A DNA stretch of 34,484 nt from Marsupella aquatica (lineage: Eukaryota; Plantae; Marchantiophyta). Shown here piece after piece: positions 30,086 to 34,484 of this stretch. Position numbers and translations under genes: made by a program. Position 1 is the first letter of the stretch. Each line of letters opens with the position of its first letter. Location of the stretch: NCBI GenBank assembly GCA_973895155.1, contig CCZZQB010000056.1, forward strand, positions 1 to 34,484. Reading direction: 5' to 3'. A model generated the notes under the pieces. It made no database searches. It was given only the letters and a program-made list of their open reading frames with translations, and was not told the origin of the DNA.

Positions 30086-32610
30086 GGCTACGACGATGAA
30101 GTTTGCCTTTAGGGCGTCAAAGCTGAAGTTTTTTGCTTCTGGACCGCCTCAATTTTCAAGAGGTGACCATGGCAAGCGGCGGAGCGAGGAAGGAAGAGGG
30201 TGGGCAGGTGAGGACAATAATGTGGTGTTTGTGACGGGGTTCGATGAGTAGGGTCTCATGGGAAAGGATTCCTAAATAGGGTTAGGAGGAGCGAGAGTGA
30301 TTCCCATTGTTGCTGACATTGTACTACGCAGTGTGACCGATTTCTCTCTCACAATTCTGACTTTAATGGCTTAGGATTCCAACCTAAATCCCTCGTGAGC
30401 CTCATGCAAACCCCTCCCCTCACAGGCCTGATGTTACTATTTTTGTAGTCTGCAAGATGTCCGGAGCGTTTCTTCCTCTTCTGCCGACCTTCATACAAAC
30501 ATAAACAAGAGGACTCAAACTTTTTCTTGGAACTGACCTTCTGGAATCGTGAAGAGAAAACAATTTTGTCTTGTTGTTTGGATGCGAGCCTTCCCAAGCC
30601 TATCGCAAAGTCCTTCCCTCCCAGGTCCGATGATGCGAGTGTTATTTGTTCATAAACGTGTTTGTGCCCCCTCTTCTTAACTCAAAGCTTTGTCTCTTCT
30701 AGAGCTGTCAAGTTGTAAGTTAGCATAAAATCGATTACGAGTTGATTGGCAAAATATTTCTTGTATGACACCTGGCATATACTTGTCAGCAATCATTCAG
30801 AGCTTGTCATCATTTGCTATTGGAGTTTTCTTCGAGCGACTTCTTAATTGTAGTGGTCGTAAGTTACAATCACGTTAGGCCCGATTGTCATACGAAAGGT
30901 GAATTGTGCGGATGCTCAATTCCCCTGGATTGTCACATGGGGCTATCCCCGTGCTCACTTCCATTTGCCAATAGCATTGTGGAAACTTATGATACCACTA
31001 TCCCTGTCCATTCATCTTCAAATGTAAATTTAGATAGCTTGTCGACCTCAGCATCCCTACAAGTTGTTTTAACCAGCCAGATTAATTATTCCATGTGCAC
31101 GTGGAATTCATTGTTCATTGGACAATTTTTCCTGATAAAATGTCAATCGCTGAATATATTCGGGAGCCGAACAGACCACAGGTCTAGTATTTTTTGACGC
31201 CCTAAATACCTAGTGAATTTTCATTATCTTTGTAGGCTACGGACTGATGCCCAGTACATTTCTTTTTGTACATTTGAAAGTCATGAAGTCTTAATTCTGA
31301 AATACTCTCTATTCTTGTCGTTTTGGTCCAATAGCCTTCATCGGAAGGCCCCTCTTAAATTTAGGATCTCTTTTTGTATGATTGAGACTTTTAACTCATG
31401 CTTCTATAGTCAAGAAAGTAGTTACAACATCTTGCTGCTCAGCCAACATGAATTAGAGGAGCAAAAGGACCCTCTAGCCCAAACTTTTCTTTTGGTAAAT
31501 AGGGTGAATGAAAATACTGTGAGTAGATGATTGATGGACTGAATTTGTAATGCAGTTGTTAAGGCTCCACTTTTGTAATCGTCTTGTCGGGTGGACTCGT
31601 CAAAAGGTCGTGGCCCTAGTCTTTCTACCCACTAAGCACAATCCTCAGTAGGAGAGGATGTCAATTTGTAGTCGAAAAGAGAATCATAGATTGCTGAAGC
31701 AGCAGCGGAGTCTGGGCCAACGCTTCATCTGTGCCCTTTAGGCACCATCTATTGACTTTTTGTGGTCGTAGCTGAGGGACGGCAGGGGAGAGTAACTCGG
31801 GGGGTTGAGCCTAATATATGTAGTAGAGCACAATGGTGACCGCTCTCTAACAAGTGTGCAAGGTATGCATTAGGTGTTCGACCATCCTCATTAAGTAAAG
31901 CAGTTATGTTGGGATTTTCCAATATGTTCATATCGTTATGTAGCATCTACATAGAGCAAAATATGATAACTAAGCCAAGTGTCAATGAGTTTCAGACTTG
32001 ACCAAGCCTTTACTTCAAATGTCTTAACACATGACATTTTGAAGAAATAGACCACTGAGTCATGTGTTTTGTAACCCGATCTACTCAGGCTGAATGATCT
32101 TGTTCGCGTTATCTGGGGGGAAATGTGGTTCTTGAGGAAGCATCTGGCATATGGCTGCTAGTGTCAAGAGAGAATGTAAGTTAAGATCATGATTACTATC
32201 CTAGACTGGGTAGCAGACACCACAAGGAATGGTTCTGTGAATGAAAGCACAACATCATAACGCTTTTCTCCATACTTATGGATTATTGCCTCTTTGGCAA
32301 CTACCTTGGGTCGAGTTACAAAACAAATATCTTCCAATGAGAAAGAAATAGGAGGTTCATCGGAGAGAAGTTTGTTGAGATCCATCTCAATATAAGATGA
32401 AGATTGTGCAAGCCCAATCCTGCCCGTAAATTAACTACATAAGGATATACAAGTGGCTCTATTGAATTTAATACTATAGTTGCAAATGCTTCTCCAAAGT
32501 AAAAAGTCATATGCTGACACATTATCTCTTTTTGGAGTACATGAATTCTAATAAGGAAAGGATTAGGGAGAGGAAGAACAGGTACTGGTCTGGGCATTCT
32601 TGTACTATAA

Positions 32611-34484
32611 AGGGTTTAGGGTTTAGGGTTTAGGGTTTTTAGGGGTTTAGGGTTTAGGGTTTAGGGTTTAGTTTAGGGTTTAGGGTTTAGGGTTTAGGGT
32701 TTAGGGTTTAGGGTTTTTTAGGGTTTAGGGTTTAGGGTTTAGGGTTTAGGGTTTAGGGTTTAGGGTTTAGGGTTTAGGGTTTAGGGTTTAGGGTTTAGGG
32801 TTTAGGGTTTAGGGTTTAGGGTTTAGGGTTTAGGGTTTAGGGTTTAGGGTTTAGGGTTTAGGGTTTAGGGTTTAGGGTTTAGGGTTTAGGGTTTAGGGTT
32901 TAGGGTTTAGGGTTTAGGGTTTAGGGTTTAGGGTTTAGGGTTTAGGGTTTAGGGTTTAGGGTTTTAGTTTTAGGGTTTAGGGTTTAGGGTTTAGGGTTTA
33001 GGGTTTATGGGTTTAGGGTTTAGGGTTTAGGGTTTAGGGTTTAGGGTTTAGGGTTTAGGGTTTAGGGTTTAGGGTTTAGGGTTTAGGGTTTAGGGTTTAG
33101 GGTTTAGGGTTTAGGGTTTAGGGTTTAGGGTTTAGGGTTTAGGGTTTAGGGTTTAGGGTTTAGGGTTTAGGGTTTAGGGTTTAGGGTTTAGGGTTTAGGG
33201 TTTAGGGTTTAGGGTTTAGGGTTTAGGGTTTAGGGTTTAGGGTTTAGGGTTTAGGGTTTAGGGTTTAGGGTTTAGGGTTTAGGGTTTAGGGTTTAGGGTT
33301 TAGGGTTTAGGGTTTAGGGTTTAGGGTTTAGGGTTTAGGGTTTAGGGTTTAGGGTTTAGGGTTTAGGGTTTAGGGTTTAGGGTTTAGGGTTTAGGGTTTA
33401 GGGTTTAGGGTTTAGGGTTTAGGGTTTAGGGTTTAGGGTTTAGGGTTTAGGGTTTAGGGTTTAGGGTTTAGGGTTTAGGGTTTAGGGTTTAGGGTTTAGG
33501 GTTTAGGGTTTAGGGTTTAGGGTTTAGGGTTTAGGGTTTAGGGTTTAGGGTTTAGGGTTTAGGGTTTAGGGTTTAGGGTTTAGGGTTTAGGGTTTAGGGT
33601 TTAGGGTTTAGGGTTTAGGGTTTAGGGTTTAGGGTTTAGGGTTTAGGGTTTAGGGTTTAGGGTTTAGGGTTTAGGGTTTAGGGTTTAGGGTTTAGGGTTT
33701 AGGGTTTAGGGTTTAGGGTTTAGGGTTTAGGGTTTAGGGTTTAGGGTTTAGGGTTTAGGGTTTAGGGTTTAGGGTTTAGGGTTTAGGGTTTAGGGTTTAG
33801 GGTTTAGGGTTTAGGGTTTAGGGTTTAGGGTTTAGGGTTTAGGGTTTAGGGTTTAGGGTTTAGGGTTTAGGGTTTAGGGTTTAGGGTTTAGGGTTTAGGG
33901 TTTAGGGTTTAGGGTTTAGGGTTTAGGGTTTAGGGTTTAGGGTTTAGGGTTTAGGGTTTAGGGTTTAGGGTTTAGGGTTTAGGGTTTAGGGTTTAGGGTT
34001 TAGGGTTTAGGGTTTAGGGTTTAGGGTTTAGGGTTTAGGGTTTAGGGTTTAGGGTTTAGGGTTTAGGGTTTAGGGTTTAGGGTTTAGGGTTTAGGGTTTA
34101 GGGTTTAGGGTTTAGGGTTTAGGGTTTAGGGTTTAGGGTTTAGGGTTTAGGGTTTAGGGTTTAGGGTTTAGGGTTTAGGGTTTAGGGTTTAGGGTTTAGG
34201 GTTTAGGGTTTAGGGTTTAGGGTTTAGGGTTTAGGGTTTAGGGTTTAGGGTTTAGGGTTTAGGGTTTAGGGTTTAGGGTTTAGGGTTTAGGGTTTAGGGT
34301 TTAGGGTTTAGGGTTTAGGGTTTAGGGTTTAGGGTTTAGGGTTTAGGGTTTAGGGTTTAGGGTTTAGGGTTTAGGGTTTAGGGTTTAGGGTTTAGGGTTT
34401 AGGGTTTAGGGTTTAGGGTTTAGGGTTTAGGGTTTAGGGTTTAGGGTTTAGGGTTTAGGGTTTAGGGTTTAGGGTTTAGGGTTT
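32611..34484 (+). repeat. Terminal telomere, (TTTAGGG)n, about 267 units
   Basis: Continuous TTTAGGG to the end of the window with the G-strand on +. Variant units occur only in the proximal about 450 bp. Confidence 0.99.

Noticed and set aside
30500-30650. Minus-strand frame reading DRLGKARI...FTIPEGQFQEKV, similar to Ty3/gypsy reverse transcriptase motifs
   Set aside because: The spacing between the two motifs is far too short, no YxDD follows, and another frame is more open here; probably coincidence.
30800-31946. Apparent long decayed ORF in one minus frame, with a Ulp1-protease-like look (LNEDGRTPNAYL...HHCALLHI)
   Set aside because: About 15 stops in about 350 codons is close to random expectation, and no catalytic His-Trp/Asp/Cys set could be placed.

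Overview
This window is the right end of a land-plant chromosome. It closes with about 1.87 kb of Arabidopsis-type TTTAGGG telomere (32611-34484), and the plant origin is supported by a PP2A-B' relic and an intron-containing NIP aquaporin relic. The subtelomere is mostly decayed gene fragments and local tandem duplications, but three long uninterrupted ORFs stand out. (1) A 1653-aa ORF (22873-17912, minus strand) has the layout of fungal telomere-linked helicases: C2H2 fingers, a DUF3505-like Zn region, a RecQ helicase core and C-terminal Cys/His knuckles. Its central region carries a tyrosine-recombinase-like R-K-(S)xxRH-H-Y constellation. (2) Two diverged paralogues of a TET/JBP-like Fe(II) dioxygenase (1-702, cut by the window edge, and 11671-13113) have HxD...H spaced 50 residues apart but no Arg at the usual 2-oxoglutarate-binding position. 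Between the helicase and the telomere lie a G/T-rich telomere-like minisatellite, inverted interstitial telomere repeats, a coiled-coil reading frame broken by two TAG stops, and a possible decayed ORF that runs to the telomere junction. All family calls come from reading motifs by eye; no searches were run.
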